A program made the translations under genes and the position numbers. Positions 25,576-38,772 of a stretch of 64,000 nucleotides of DNA are shown here, in pieces. Source of the stretch: Selaginella moellendorffii (Eukaryota; Plantae; Lycopodiophyta); NCBI RefSeq assembly GCF_000143415.4, contig NW_003314268.1:1782672-1846671 (forward strand). The letters run 5' to 3'. The notes beneath the pieces are model-generated. The model searched no databases. It was not told the origin of the DNA and worked only from the letters and a program-made list of their open reading frames with translations. The number at the start of each line of letters is the position of its first letter. Positions within the stretch are counted from its first letter, which is position 1.

Positions 25576-26970
25576 ATGGCTGGCTTGGCACCCGAGACCT
25601 CTCAATTCGATCCCCGGCAGTATGACCAGAAGATGGAGTTTGCGTAAGCGCGGTGTGCTTTGTTTGCGTGCGCCTGACTCCCTCTGTGGCACAGGTTGGA
25701 AGGAGACGATGTGATATCGAGCTGGGACGAGGTGAACGAGACATTCGACTCCATGGGCTTGCACGAGAATCTGCTGCGAGGGATCTACGCCTACGGTGAG
25801 CCGCCTCGTATCCCCAATGGGCGTGGATGTGACTGTGTTTGCAGGCTTTGAAAAGCCCTCTACCATCCAGCAGAGGGGAATCGTGCCGTTTTGCAAGGGG
25901 ATCGACGTGATCCAGCAGGCCCAGTCCGGCACCGGCAAGACGGCCACGTTTTGCTCCGGCATCCTGCAGCAGCTCGACTACAACAATGTCGAGTGCCAGG
26001 CGCTGGTGCTGGCGCCCACCAGGGAGCTGGCGCAGCAGATCGAGAAGGTGATGCGGGCACTGGGTGACTACCTGCAGGTGAAGGTGCACGCCTGCGTCGG
26101 CGGCACCGACGTCCGCCAGGACCAGAGAATCCTGCAGGCCGGCGTCCATGTGGTGGTAGGCACTCCTGGTCGCGTCTACGATATGCTCAGGCGTCGCGCG
26201 CTGCGGCCGGACTACATCAAGATGTTTGTCCTGGACGAGGCGGACGAGATGCTGTCCCGCGGTTTCAAGGACCAGGTAAGGTGGAAGGAAAGCTGGTCTA
26301 TATAACCACCCTGCCTGTGCCTTGTGTGTCGCAGATTTACGACATCTTCCAGCTCCTTCCCTCCAAGGTCCAGGTGGGCCTCTTCTCCGCCACAATGCCG
26401 CCCGAGGCGCTGGAGATCACCCGCAAGTTCATGAACAAGCCGGTGCGCATTCTCGTCAAGCGAGACGAGCTGACGCTGGAGGGTATCAAGCAGTTTTACG
26501 TGAACGTGGAACGAGAGGACTGGAAACTGGACACGCTGTGCGACCTGTACGAGACGCTGGCCATCACGCAGAGCGTCATCTTTTGCAACACCCGGCGCAA
26601 GGTGGACTGGCTCACCGACAAGATGAGGAGCCGCGACCACACCGTGTCTGCGACGCACGGCGACATGGACCAGAACACCCGCGACATCATCATGCGCGAG
26701 TTCCGGTCGGGCTCGTCCCGCGTGCTCATCACCACCGACTTGCTCGCGCGCGGCATCGACGTCCAGCAGGTGTCGCTGGTGATCAACTACGACCTTCCGA
26801 CGCAGCCGGAGAATTATCTGCATCGAATTGGTCGCAGCGGTCGGTTTGGGCGGAAGGGCGTGGCCATCAACTTTATGGTGAGAGAGGACGAGAGGATGCT
26901 TCATGACATCCAGAAGTTTTACAACACTGTCATTGAGGAGCTGCCAAACAACGTCGCGGACCTCATCTAA
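25576..26970 (+). CDS. eIF4A: Eukaryotic initiation factor 4A (DEAD-box helicase), 4 coding exons
   Basis: [55 protein letters not shown]. Confidence 0.98.
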
Positions 26971-27089
26971 TGTGTTATGGTTGTGAGAGGGGGGTTTGTA
27001 GCAGCATGTTTTGAACCAAGTGATAAGCTTATATACCACAGTAATTAAAAGTCTGCCTTTCTAACATCATCATTGGAAAGAGGTAGGCG

Positions 27090-28480
27090 ATGGCGGCGTG
27101 CGCGTGGTGGGCGGCGCCAGCGTACTACGCCCTCGCCGCTGGCGCGTCCGGTGGGAGGCACCGGAGGAGCCGCCTCGACATTGTGGAAGCGAAGGCCAGG
27201 CAGACATCATGGCGGCCGGGCGACTTCTGGGATTACGTGGCCTCCCTCAACAAGGGCAAGCGCCTGGACGAGGCACTGCAGGTTGGTTGGTCTCTGTTTG
27301 CGCGAGCTCCCCTTGTGACCCTGGGTGTGTCAAGGCATTTGAGTGGTGGAAGCAGCAGCCAGGATACCGGGCGCGGGAGGAGCACTTTGTGCGCTTCATG
27401 GTGATGGCCAGCAAGGCGGGGCAGCCACATGCGGCACAGGGCGTGTTCGACGGCATGGAGGCGATGCAGGTGAGGCCATCCGTGGTGGGCTTCAGCGCAT
27501 TGGTGCAGAGCTACGCCGAGAGCGGCGAGGTGGAGGGCGCCCAGTCGGCCATGAAGCGGATGCTGGATACAGGCATCCAGCCCAACGTGGTCACCTACGG
27601 TGGCCTCATCCGTGCCTATGGCAAGAGGGGCCTGTTTGACGAGATGGCCAAGGTGGTGAACACCATGAAGACGGTGCGGTGTGAGCCTGACTTCTTCGTG
27701 TACAAGAACGTCATCGAGGCGTACGCGAGCGGCGGCCTGGTGGGGCGCATGGACAAGGCATTCAAGGCCATGCGAGCAGACGGCTGGATTCCAGACTCGG
27801 ACATTCTCAACCTGCTTGCGCAAGGCTACGCGTCCATGGGAATGATCAAGGAGATGGAAGGCGCCCAGGGCGAGCTGAGGCGGATCAAGGGGTGGCCACG
27901 GGAGGAGAGTGTGCGCGCCTGTGCACTGGCTTACATCCGCCACAACCAGTTTTACCAGATGGAAGGCTTCGTCAAGTCCCTGGGCATGAAGAGGATCGGT
28001 GGCAACTTACTGTGGAACTTGCTGCTGCTCGCGCATGCCGCAAACTTCTCCATGAAGAGCCTCCAGAGGGAGGCGGTCAACATGTGGTCGGCGAGGTGCG
28101 CGCCCGACGTCACCACCTTCAACATCCGGGCGCTGGCGCTGTCGCGGATGCAAATGCTTTGGGACCTTCACGTGCTGGTGCAGCACATGAGGGCCGAGTC
28201 GGTGCGGCCCGACCTGGTCACCTACGGCGCGCTCGTGGACGCCTACGCCATCGCCCGCTTGCTGCCCAGGCTCCCCGAGCAGCTGGACGAGCTGGACATG
28301 GCCGACACCATCCCGGACGTGCGGACCGATCCGCTCGTGTTCCAGGCCTTTGGGCGCGGTCGCTTCCATGCGTTCTGCGACGCCTACGTCCGCTCCAGCT
28401 CCACGACGCTTGTCAACTACTCCACCCTCACCACCGCCTACCTTGACGCCCGTCGGACAAGTGGCACCTCCCCAGTTTAA
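27090..28480 (+). CDS. P-class pentatricopeptide repeat protein (At3g42630-like); one intron ~27282-27334
   Basis: Tandem PPR motifs (PSVVGFSALVQSY, PNVVTYGGLIRAY, PDVTTFNIRAL, PDLVTYGALVDAY). Confidence 0.9.
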
Positions 28481-28542
28481 AGTGGTTTTTCAAGGGCAGG
28501 GCGAGAGGGAGCGGCTTGTTTGCTGCGCGGCACACTCGGCTC

Positions 28543-29263
28543 ATGGAACCCACGGCTGCCCAAGGCACCACCTTGGTGGATTTGCTGCGCGAGGCGGCTG
28601 CGGAGGTGATTGATGGCGATGCCAAGCAGGAGCGGTCCGTGGTGCGCAGGACGAGGGAGGCCTTCACCCGCAGGGCACCCCGGTTCAGGCTTGCTGCCAG
28701 GTCTGCTTCAGCTGATATCATGCGGTGGATGCACCGGGGAGGACCATGGCGAGCGTTTCTCGTCAGCACCGTAAGCTATATAGCGTGTTACTCCCTCCTC
28801 CCCGACATTCTTCGCTGTTTCTTGGGTGTTGCAGCTTGGCATCGTGGTGTTTGTTTCTCTGGCAGCGCTCGCTACGTTCATCCTGTTTCTTGTCACTGCC
28901 ACAGCCAACGCTGTCGCCATAGGATTCTTGATGTCCGTCACTGGAATAGGAGCTTTCGTGGCGCTCTTCTTCATGATGCTCACGGCCGTCTACATCGGTG
29001 CACTTGTAACAGCTGCCGTGGCAATCTCCTGCATTGCTCTCAGCACAATCGGTGCAGCCATCCTAGTTACAGGTGAGGCAGTCCTTGTCACAAAGCAACT
29101 AAATGCACTCTGTCTTGCAGCTTGGATCTTGTTCTGGTGGTGCTTGTGGCAAGGAGCGAAAAAAGCGACTGACTTTGTGCGAGGATCATTAGCTTTGACA
29201 GGCTCGGCCCTTTCGGCAGTTTCAGCAGCGGGACCAACTCAGGTTATTGCAGTGGAGAAGTGA
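28543..29263 (+). CDS. LDAP-interacting protein (LDIP)-like lipid-droplet membrane protein, 3 exons
   Basis: WMHRGGPWRAFLVST/LG..FILFLVTATANAV..FLMS..G.GAFVALFF...AVYIGAL...SLALTGSALSA resembles At5g16550/LDIP. Confidence 0.75.
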
Positions 29264-29296
29264 CTTTGGTGTTTCGTGAAAAACAGCTATGGCTCT

Positions 29297-30196
29297 TCAT
29301 GATGCCTGCTCCTTCTGTTTCTGCTGAGCAGCAATAGCAGCAATCACTTCCTGCTTCTCCTTGAGCCTGGCAGCCCGTTGCTCTCGTTTTGACGGAGTGT
29401 AGGGCAGCCTGTTGGGAGCCTGGTTGAGGTTCCTGTAGTAGTCATAAGCTCGAGGCCCTCTGGCTTCGCTGGGTGGGAAGCGTGGTAGCACTGGATACAC
29501 TGGCTCGTACATCCAGAAGAAGTTGCGGGACGGATGGATGCCCAGGCCTATGGCAGGATCGTAGGTCCTCTCCAGCACGTCGTCCTTGAGTGTATTCTTG
29601 GGGCCACCTGCGGGGCAAGGTAATGACATGAAACGAGCAAGAACACAAGAGCAGAGCCTTTACCATCCAGACGAACTTTTTTGAACGCTAGGCAGGCAGG
29701 CCTGGGTATGACGCTCCCTGTCGCAAGCGTGCCAACGGATATCCTCACTTTGCTCCCGTCCTGCAGGAAGCCACATTTGCTTCTCACTCGACCCCTGCAA
29801 ACAAAGAGCGTCAAACGAGGAGTGAGTGAGATAGCCAACTGCACCCGCTAACTGGATCCACAAGCATGACGTTGGAAACGTGGATCGGAGACTCTTTGGT
29901 CACAACGCCGGTCAGATTGTCTACGGTGCGCTTGACATGCCGCTTCACCTGGATCCAGCCAAAGGATGAGCGCAAGTGTGTAGGCCTACTTACCAGATTC
30001 CTGCCCTCCACAATCACTTTGTTTCTCTTCCGGAAAACCTCCTTAACCGTCCCAGTCAGGCCTTTATCATTTCCAGTGATGATCTTCACCTGAAATGCAG
30101 GTAAGAAAACGCGCGCGGCCTCGACTCTACCTTGTCGCCTCGCAAAATCTTCCATCTGTTGAATGTGACGATCGGGCGCTTGAAGCCCACTGCCAT
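29297..30196 (-). CDS. RPL24: Ribosomal protein uL24, probably mitochondrial, multi-exon
   Basis: RWKILRGDK/VKIITGNDKG.TG.V..V.RKRNKVIVEGRNL/VKRH..ESPIHVSNVMLVDP (KOW domain). Confidence 0.9.
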
Positions 30197-31149
30197 GCCT
30201 TCGCTAGGGCGCTTTTAGGGCATTTTTACCAAAAAAATAAACAAAGGCATACGTTTCCAGTGCACCGTCTCGCTGATCATAGCTCTGGCACGACCTTAAT
30301 GGAACGGGCTCGTACCTAATGAGCATCATAGTTCGTTCATTGTCAAACAAGCGAGATCGTGTCCGATGCCGAATTCTCGTGTCTGGCTCATTACGCATAT
30401 CGCCCGGGCCACCTTCCACGGCACACTTCCCAACCCCGACTTTCTCTCTACCATGCTTGGAAGGTAAGAAGGATCGCAAACACCACCCGCTTTGACAGTG
30501 CAGTCTCTCTTCCGGATGGCGCCTTTCCTTGTTCGTCAAATTTCACCTACATTAGATTGAGAAGATTGAGAAAGCTTCCTTGGTGGCCAAGCTACATACT
30601 TTGTCCGACTTACAGTGCATGTAAAAGGAACCCGCCAGGGACTCTCACACACGAAAATATGGTTTTTTCCTTTTAAAACGGTTCGGTGCTAATGCAGACC
30701 CTAATTCTAAAAATGGGTCTCACATATTCACTTTTGCCATGAAAACTCTTTGTCACATCTAGTACTAGCTTTCCCTTAGTCCACAGCTGACAAACTGCCC
30801 TGCACATGAAAAACCACATAAAGTTCAAGCCCAAGCAAAAGAGCAGACTTACATCCTGGTAGAAGGTAGCAATAGGCAATATTCTGACTCTGGCTCTTAC
30901 TGCTCGAAGCAGACTGTTATTGCTGTGTTGTTTTAGCATTTGAGTTGCTCGCAACCTCTAGAGCTGGCATAAGCTACAGACTGAAACACCATATTTTCTG
31001 CAGCTGCCCAAGCAAGCGCTGGGAGTGAATTCTATGAGCATTGGAATAATCATAAGAATATCCATTAGATTACACTGTAAGCATTAAAATATTCATTAAA
31101 ATTCTCTTGGAAGGACAAAAGGTAATTAAGGTTCTTTCGTTGAAAGGTT

Positions 31150-32370
31150 AGGATTAGTGGATCTTGTTGATGGGCTAAGATCTAGAGGAATATCAAGGAC
31201 ATTGATAGATTTGTAGATGGTACAATTTATTATAATCCCTTTTTACAACATGCTTTAGTCATTGTATATATATAATTTTTGGAGGATTGATTTGCAACAC
31301 TTTATCCCAATCTAATGATAAGTAGTTTTTCCAAGAGATGCCTTGCTCAATGAAATGGACCATATCAGTCATTTATTGTGTATTTTATAGATAATGACAA
31401 ACATTGTAGCAACATTGTTATATTATTTGTATGTGGCCCAAGTGTTTAGAATTCTTGTCAAATACTAATCCTATGACCTAGCATCAATAGTTATAGCAAA
31501 GAGAACCTCAACTCTATTGATAATATAAAATCATAACCATATAAGAGTTTAATGTAATTTAGACTTTTCAAAAGGTCACCCATCTTATATAGTATGTTTA
31601 ACTTTATATATATTTCAAGACCCTTAACTAATTAGAAAAAGAGGTGCTCTTCTATTTATATGTTATTTCCCTATATATTTGAACTCTAATGGACTACCTT
31701 TCAAGTTCTTCTCTTTGGTTACATACATTTATATGGTGAAATACTAATGAAACTCTATACCTTTGTAAGATACACATACTAAAGAGATATTATACTCCTT
31801 GAATATCTTGAGATCCTTGTAGAGTAAATAAGAGATAATATAGGGAAGCATTTGTGTTGCGAATATGACTGTAGGTATTGAAAGTTATTTTTTGGCTAAT
31901 CCTTTCAGATATTCTTTCCTTATTGCCACGATGGTAGGAAGTTGGTATTGCTAGACCCTTTATCACTCCACCCAAGTTAGTTGAGAAACTGGTCATCATG
32001 TATATACTTATGCCAGATAAACATAAAGTAGGAACTCCTATGTGTTTCTTGTTGAGAATACCCGGCCCAGTAAGAGAAACTCAAATGTTGGCTTGCATTT
32101 GCTAGTATTGAGAACCCCTACAATATTGAGTTTGGTCCCTCAATATTTGCCAAATAATAGCTTACTGTGTCTGCCAAACACTTTTACTATCATACACCTT
32201 ATGTTAATTCCATTTGATCCTTATGGAAAGTGTCTAGATTTGTTAATTTGGTATATCTACAGAATTTAGAGATTATTTTGAACACAATGGTGTTAGTCCT
32301 ATATCTAAATTCACAATCTAGCGCCATTCCATATTTAATAAGTTTCAAGTTAGTCTTGAAGACTAACTCC
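31150..32370 (-). mobile_element. Highly decayed AT-rich retroelement pol-like remnant
   Basis: Only faint peptide echoes (FKTN..G; KMTDMVHF); located at the edge of the LTR nest. Confidence 0.25.
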
Positions 32371-32528
32371 TGGTAGTAAGGATGGCTAAGGGTGAAAGCC
32401 CAAAACGTGTGTTCCTCAAGGTTGGGGGGGGGGGGGGAGGGCACTATAGGGGGTTCCAAATGTATAGTAGTAGCGATAGTGGGTAGGTTGGGCCTTGTTG
32501 ACCAATCTTAAGTTCCACACCATGCTAA

Positions 32529-34144
32529 TGTGAGACAGAATTCCTAAAGCCCCAAAAATGGAGTTGAAAGGGTGCTATGTGGTAGTGGTTGAAACAAAAG
32601 CCAAACGAGAGTAATACATTTGGACTAAAAGCTCCAACTTCAAAAGTCGAGAGTGGGAGTGGAACTCTCAACGAAGTGCTCAAGGAATGAGCACGAAGTA
32701 TGCAATAAGTGAGTCTCTAGAAAAAGGGACACAAGAGGATCAACACATGACACGTGGAAGTGTCGAGATGGAGTCCAAGATGGACCTAAGATGGAGTCCG
32801 AGATGGACCTGAGATGGAGTCTAAGATGGACCAAAGATGGAGTCTGAGATGGATTTGAGGTGGAATCCAAAATGGAGTCCAAGATGGAATCTGAGATGGA
32901 GTCCGAGATGGAGTTCGAGATGGAATCTGAGATGGAGTCCGAGATGGAGTTCGAGATGGACCTAAGGTGGAGTTCTAGATGGAGTTCGAGATGGAATTTG
33001 AGATGGACTCGAAATGTAGTCCGAGATGAAACTGAGATCGAGACCAAGACCTAGACTAAGTGCGAGTCTGAATCCGAATACTAATATATGCTATTGGGTG
33101 AAAGCCCAAAGTGATTGCCCCCAAAGAGGGAGAAAGGGGGGGGGGGGGGGTGGGTGGTGGGGGTGGGTGGTGGGGGTGCTATAGGAGGTTCCAAAAGTAT
33201 AGTAGAGAGAGTGTGGGAATTGGACCTTATTAGAGCTAATTTGGCCAAGAAAGGCTAGTGTGACCCAAGATGATTATACCCATGTGTTGGGTGATGATAT
33301 ATCCATTAAAGAGTCCAAAGCTAGAGTGAATACAAACTAACAAGTGGGGTACCTTAGTGGAGTGTTCAAGAGGCGGCTCTAGTTCCTACGGGAGATCGAA
33401 TGATCGATGCTCTTAGTCCAAATGTGGGTAGCACTACCTACTTGGATACTTGGTGTGGCTTAATGGAACCTCGCTATAGCCCCATGGTTAGAGCACCCAA
33501 AGGCAGAAGGTGGGGAGAGTACCCATAAGGCTTATATAGGGCCATAGTGTTTCAAAATGTTGCCATAAAGTCCTAGACTGTGGAAAGGAAGAGGAGCAAT
33601 CCTCTAGTGTAGTGACCAAGGATATGGTTATATAGTGAGGAAGTCCCAAAGGATAGTGGGACTTAATAGTTGGGCCTGTGGACCTTGACCCAGTGGTAGT
33701 GTCGGCAAACACGGCCATAGACAGAAAGGGACTTGGTGAGAACTAAAAAAGGGATTTTGGGGAAGGTTGTTTGCCATATTTACGGGCATTTTAAGGATGC
33801 TAAGGAGTAGATCTAGGATGATCACTCATAAATGGATATCTTAGTCTTTGAGAGATGGGATTGTGATATAGGTGGTGTTGGATCACCTGTGTGAAAAAGG
33901 TGAATGGGCATAGCCTTAATGTAATAGGTTGATATGTTAATGGTACCTTTAGGTGTCGGTTATGGGACTGGACACGTGAAGTACTTGGACCAAGTATAAA
34001 GGTTGAGTGGCATAAATGCCATTCTCGGGGCTAGCAAGCCTCAAGTCTAGAATAAGACTTATGGAGGTTGTGAGTGAGACTTCTCTAAGTGGTTAGAGGT
34101 GTGGTTAAATGACTAAAGTAGAATGGAAAATTTAGTCATTTACA
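32529..34144 (+). mobile_element. Solo LTR of the large LTR family (family A), degenerate
   Basis: TGTGAGAC...TAGTCATTTACA termini; internal GAGATGGAGTCC repeats; flanks GCTAA/GTTAA. Confidence 0.85.
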
Positions 34145-34349
34145 GTTAACTAATGGATACCTATATCCTCGCTTGGTATGCTGATATAATGCTAGACTCT
34201 GTTTGGCTCCGTTTGTAAGAGGTTGCAAATGTATAGTAGTGATTTAGGCATGATTGACCAACTTAAAGCATAGTTTAGCTTCTGCTTGCGTGCTTGTCTT
34301 TTTTTTTGTGTTTGGCTTGGGTCTAAACTTAAGTTCCACACCATGCTAG

Positions 34350-35842
34350 TGTGAGACACAAATCCCAGAGCCCCAAAAGTGGAGATGAAAGGGTGCCACG
34401 TGGTAGTGGTCAAAACAAAAGTCAAACAAGAGTAATATGTTTGGACTAAAAACTCTAACTTGAAAAGTTAAGAGCGGGAGTGGAACTCTCAACGAAGTGC
34501 TTGAGGAATGAGCACGAAGTAAATAATAAGTGAGTCTCTAGAAAAAGGGACACAAGAGGACCAACACATGTGGAAGTGTTGAGATGGAGTCTGAGATGAA
34601 TCCGAGATGGAGTTCGAGATTTACCCAAGATGGAATCCAAGATGGACCCAAGGTGGAATCCAATATGGAGTCCAAGATGGAATCCAAGATGGAGTCCAAG
34701 ATGAAGTCGGAGATGGAATCTGAGATAGACCCAAAATGTAGTCTGAGATGGAATCGAGACTGAGACCAAGTTCGAGTCTAAGTTCGAGTCCGAGTCTAAG
34801 TACAAATACTAATACAGGCTGTTGGGTGAAAGCCCAAAGCAATCATCCCCTTGGGGGCAGGAGGGGGGGTGGGGTGCTATAGAGGGTTCCAAAAGTATAG
34901 TAGGGAGAGTGTAGGGGTTGGACCCCAATGGAGCTAGTTTGGCTAGGAAAGGCTAGTGTGACCCAAGAAGACTATGCCACGTGTTGGGTGATGATATATC
35001 TACTAAAGAGTCTAAAGTTAGAGTGAATACGGACTAACAAGTGGGGTAGCTTGGTGAAGTGTTTAAGAGTTGGCTTTAGTTCCCCTAGGAGATCGATTGA
35101 TCGATACTTCTAATCCAAGCGTGGGTGGCAATATCTACCTGGATACCTAGCGTGGCTCAACGGAACCTCGCTCTAGCCCCATGGTTAGAGCGCCTAAAGG
35201 TGGAAGGTAGGGAGAGTACCCATGAGGCTCACATAGGGCCACAGTGCTTTGAAATGTTGTCCCAAAGTTTCGGACTGTGAAAAAGAAGAGGAGCAATCCT
35301 TTGGTGTAGTGACCAAGGATACGGTCACATGGTAAAGAAGTCCCAAAGGACAGTGGGATTTAGTGGTCGGGCCTGTAGGCCTTGACCCAATGGTAGTGTT
35401 GGTGAACATGGCCATGGATAGAAAGGGATTTAGTGGGAACTAAAAAAGGGATATTGAGGAAGGTTGTTGATGCATGTCTGCAGGCATCCTAAGGATAGTA
35501 AGGAGTGGATCTAGAATGATCACTCATGAACGGATGGCCTAGTCTTTGAGAGACGGGATAGTGATATAGGTGGTGTTGAATCACTAGTGTGACAAAAATG
35601 AATGGGTATGGCCTTAGTGTAACAGGTTGATATGTCGGTGGTACCTTTTGGTGTCAGTCATGGGATCAGACATGTGAAGCATTTGGACCAAGTGTAAATG
35701 TTGAGTGGCATAGATGCTATTTTCAAGGCTAGCAAGCCCCAAGTCTGGAATAGGACTTATGGAGGTTATGAGTGAGACTCCTCTAAGTGGTTGGAGGTGT
35801 GGTTAAGTGACTAAAGTAAAATGGAAAATTTAGTCATTTATA
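34350..35842 (+). mobile_element. Solo LTR of family A with GCTAG target-site duplication
   Basis: Same termini; GCTAG on both sides. Confidence 0.87.
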
Positions 35843-36266
35843 GCTAGCTAATGGGTACCCATATCCTTGCTTTATGCCACTAGTATACTAAAATAACACT
35901 AGACTTTGTTTGGCTTTATTTGGTTTCGTTTTGCATGCTAGTCTTGGCATTAGAATGTTGGATTGTTCAAAATTGCTCTATACTTCTATCCCTTTATTCC
36001 TTAGGCTGTACGTTCGAGAGTTGTTTTGTGCTCCGGTTCCTTTACACCTTGGCTCCATGCTTAGGAGTTTGGCTCTATTCTTTCATTCAGTGGCCTAATT
36101 CCTTGAAACTTGGGTTCCACTCCACTATCCTTGGACACATGGCATATGGCATGTGACATGTGACACATGGCACATGGAGGGTTTAGGTTCCACTTCATAG
36201 TCATCCTATGGTAAATCACCATAGAATAAAAGGTGAAAACCACGTGCACTACATTTGGTATCAGAG
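35843..36266 (+). mobile_element. 3' part of an unrelated LTR followed by a tRNA-iMet PBS
   Basis: ...CTACA tt TGGTATCAGAG at 36256-36266. Confidence 0.6.
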
Positions 36267-37166
36267 GATGAGTCTCAGGGAGTATTATCCAATGAGATTG
36301 GGCACCTAGTCTTATTGCATATGTAGAGATGAAAATGATGATCCGAGTGGGTACATATTTGGGTGCTATGACTTTGCAATTGTTTATTGGGTATGAATTT
36401 TGGTTATTTTTTGGTACCATATTATGTGAGCTTGCTCTTGGGTTAATAGGAGGGATTAAGATGTTTCATTTACACTAGTTTGTGCTTGGGCTTGTGAGTG
36501 AGGCACATTAACAACTCAAGGTTACATTTTAAGTTGACACAATTAATGTTAGTCTATTGAGGGTTACCATGAGTGGTTCCATGTACCATGGGTAAAAGTA
36601 AACCTCCCCTGGATTTGTTATGAGTGGCAAATAAACTAGTCTATAGTTGTTTAGCATAGTACTAGTGGATCTTTCCTAGGTTGATTATAAGTGGATTAAT
36701 TAAGATTGTAAGGGTTAGTTTATTGGTTCAAGTAGTCATTATTGCACTCTCTTATAAACTTTTTCTTGGATTCGACTGAAGGCAGTGCTAATGCAAACTT
36801 GAGGTTTAGTCAAGTTGAGTATGAAAACAGAGTTATCAAGGATGAAGGATCAAACACATAAATCATTTTCCCTTTTTGGAGAGATAATTTGCAACAAGAT
36901 GTGCACTTATTGCTCACTTTGAGCTCATTCCTCAAGCCCTTTTCATTTCATTTCCATAATGAAATATATTTTATTTTCCACAATCCATTAGCACCAAACA
37001 TATGAGTGTTCCTTACCTAATTTTTCTATTTGGATTCCTTCCAATGATTTCCATAGCCCATTCTTGGCCTTTAGTCTTGTGCTCCTATCTTTTGATTTTT
37101 GCACCAAACAATATAGGATTACTACCTCCATTTTTGAGGTTTCCTTTTGGTTCCATAGCAAAGGTC

Positions 37167-38340
37167 TATAAGCGACTAATTTTTCCATTCTACTTTAGTC
37201 ACTTAACCACACCTTTGACCAATTGGAGGAATTTCACTCACAACCTTTATAAGTCCTATTCTAGACTTGGGCATGCTAGCCCCAAGAATGGCATCCCCGC
37301 CACTCAACCTTTGCACTTGGCCCAGGTGCTTCACATGTCCGATCCCATAACCGACACCCCAAAGTACCACTGACATATCAATCCATCATGCTAAGGCCAT
37401 GCCCCTTTACCTTGGTCACATCGGTGGTCTAACACCACTTACATCATAGTCTTGTCTCTCAAAGATTAGGCCATCCATCCATGAGTGATTATCCCGGATC
37501 CACTCCTTAGCATCCTTAGGATGCCCACAGGCATGGGGAATAGCCTTCCCCAATATCCCTATTCCAGTCCTCACCAAGACCCTTTTTGTCCATGGCCGTG
37601 CTCGCTATCACTGCCATTGGATCAAGGCTCACAAGCCCGACCACTAAGTCCCACGGTCCTCTAGGACTTCCTCCTCCCACGACCATATCCTTGGTCTCTA
37701 CACTAGAGGATTGCTCCTCTTCCTCTTCACTGTCTGGGACTTTGGGACAACCTTTCGGAACACTGTGGCTTTATATGAGCCTTGTGGGTACTCTCCCCTC
37801 CTTCTACCTTTAGGTGCTCTAGCCATGGGCTTAGAGCGAGGTTCCGTTAAGCCACACTAGGTATCTAAGTAAGTAGTGCCACCCACACTTGGATTGGGTG
37901 CATCAACCATTTGATCTCTCGAGGGAATTAAAGTTGGCTCTTGAACACTTCACCAAGCTACCCCACTTGTTGGTTCATATTCACTCTAGCTTTGGACTTC
38001 CCAGTGGTTATCCCATCACTCAACACTTGGGTGCAGCCTTCCTGGGCCAAATTGGCCTTTCCTGCCCAAATTGGCTCCACTAGAGTCCTCCCCCTACTAT
38101 ACTTTTGGAGCTGATCAAACCCCCCAAGGTTTGGGAGATGAACACTTTGGGCTTTCACCCTCTCAGACTCGAACTCGAACTCAGGCTTGGGCTTGGTCTT
38201 GGCCTCGGTCTTGGTCTCGGTCCCAGTCCCGGTCTTGGTCTTGGTCTCGGTCCTGGTCTAGGTCTCGGTCTCGGTCTTAGTCCTGGTCTTGGTCTCGGTC
38301 TCGACTTCGGACTCCATCTCGGGTCCTTCTCGGATTCCAT
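37167..38340 (-). mobile_element. Partial family A LTR, truncated by the 5S-containing LTR
   Basis: Homologous to 48779-49980. Confidence 0.88.
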
Positions 38341-38575
38341 TGTAAGCAACCAAAGAGAACGACTTGAGAGACGATCTATGGGATTCAAATATAGAGGGAA
38401 AGGGCCCATGAACAAGAGTGCACCCCCTTTTCCAATCGGTTAAGGGTCTTGGGATATTTGGAGTTAAGCGTCCTTGGGTTTGAATAGTACTAGTCTGGGT
38501 GACCTCCTGGGAAGTCCAAACTCATGAGCTTACATTTGGTATCGGAGTGAATCTAATGACCCACACATGAGTCTC
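38341..38575 (+). mobile_element. Cassandra-like TRIM: 194-bp LTR with 5S rRNA domain, PBS and truncated internal region
   Basis: TGTAAG...CTTACA (38341-38534); 5S-like GTTAAGCGT.CTTGGG...AGTAC.AG..TGGGTGACCTCCTGGGAAGTCC at 38462-38517; PBS TGGTATCGGAG 38537-38547. Confidence 0.85.
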
Positions 38576-38772
38576 TTAAACTTATAATACCATTGCATTG
38601 TCACAGTTCATTTCCCTTAGATGTTTTTCCCATTTGGTCACTTTGACCAAGCCACACCATTACCAATAATTCAAATCAACACTTCGAAGTAAGAACTTTA
38701 TTCCTTTACCTCACAAGGACTTTGTCCTTGTTTTAGCCATAAGATCACTTTATGATCTAACTAACAATCTAT

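Noticed and set aside
38462-38517. Genuine 5S rRNA gene (also 40458-40511)
   Set aside because: Only the internal ~55 nt is present, embedded in an LTR; the 5S 5' and 3' ends are absent
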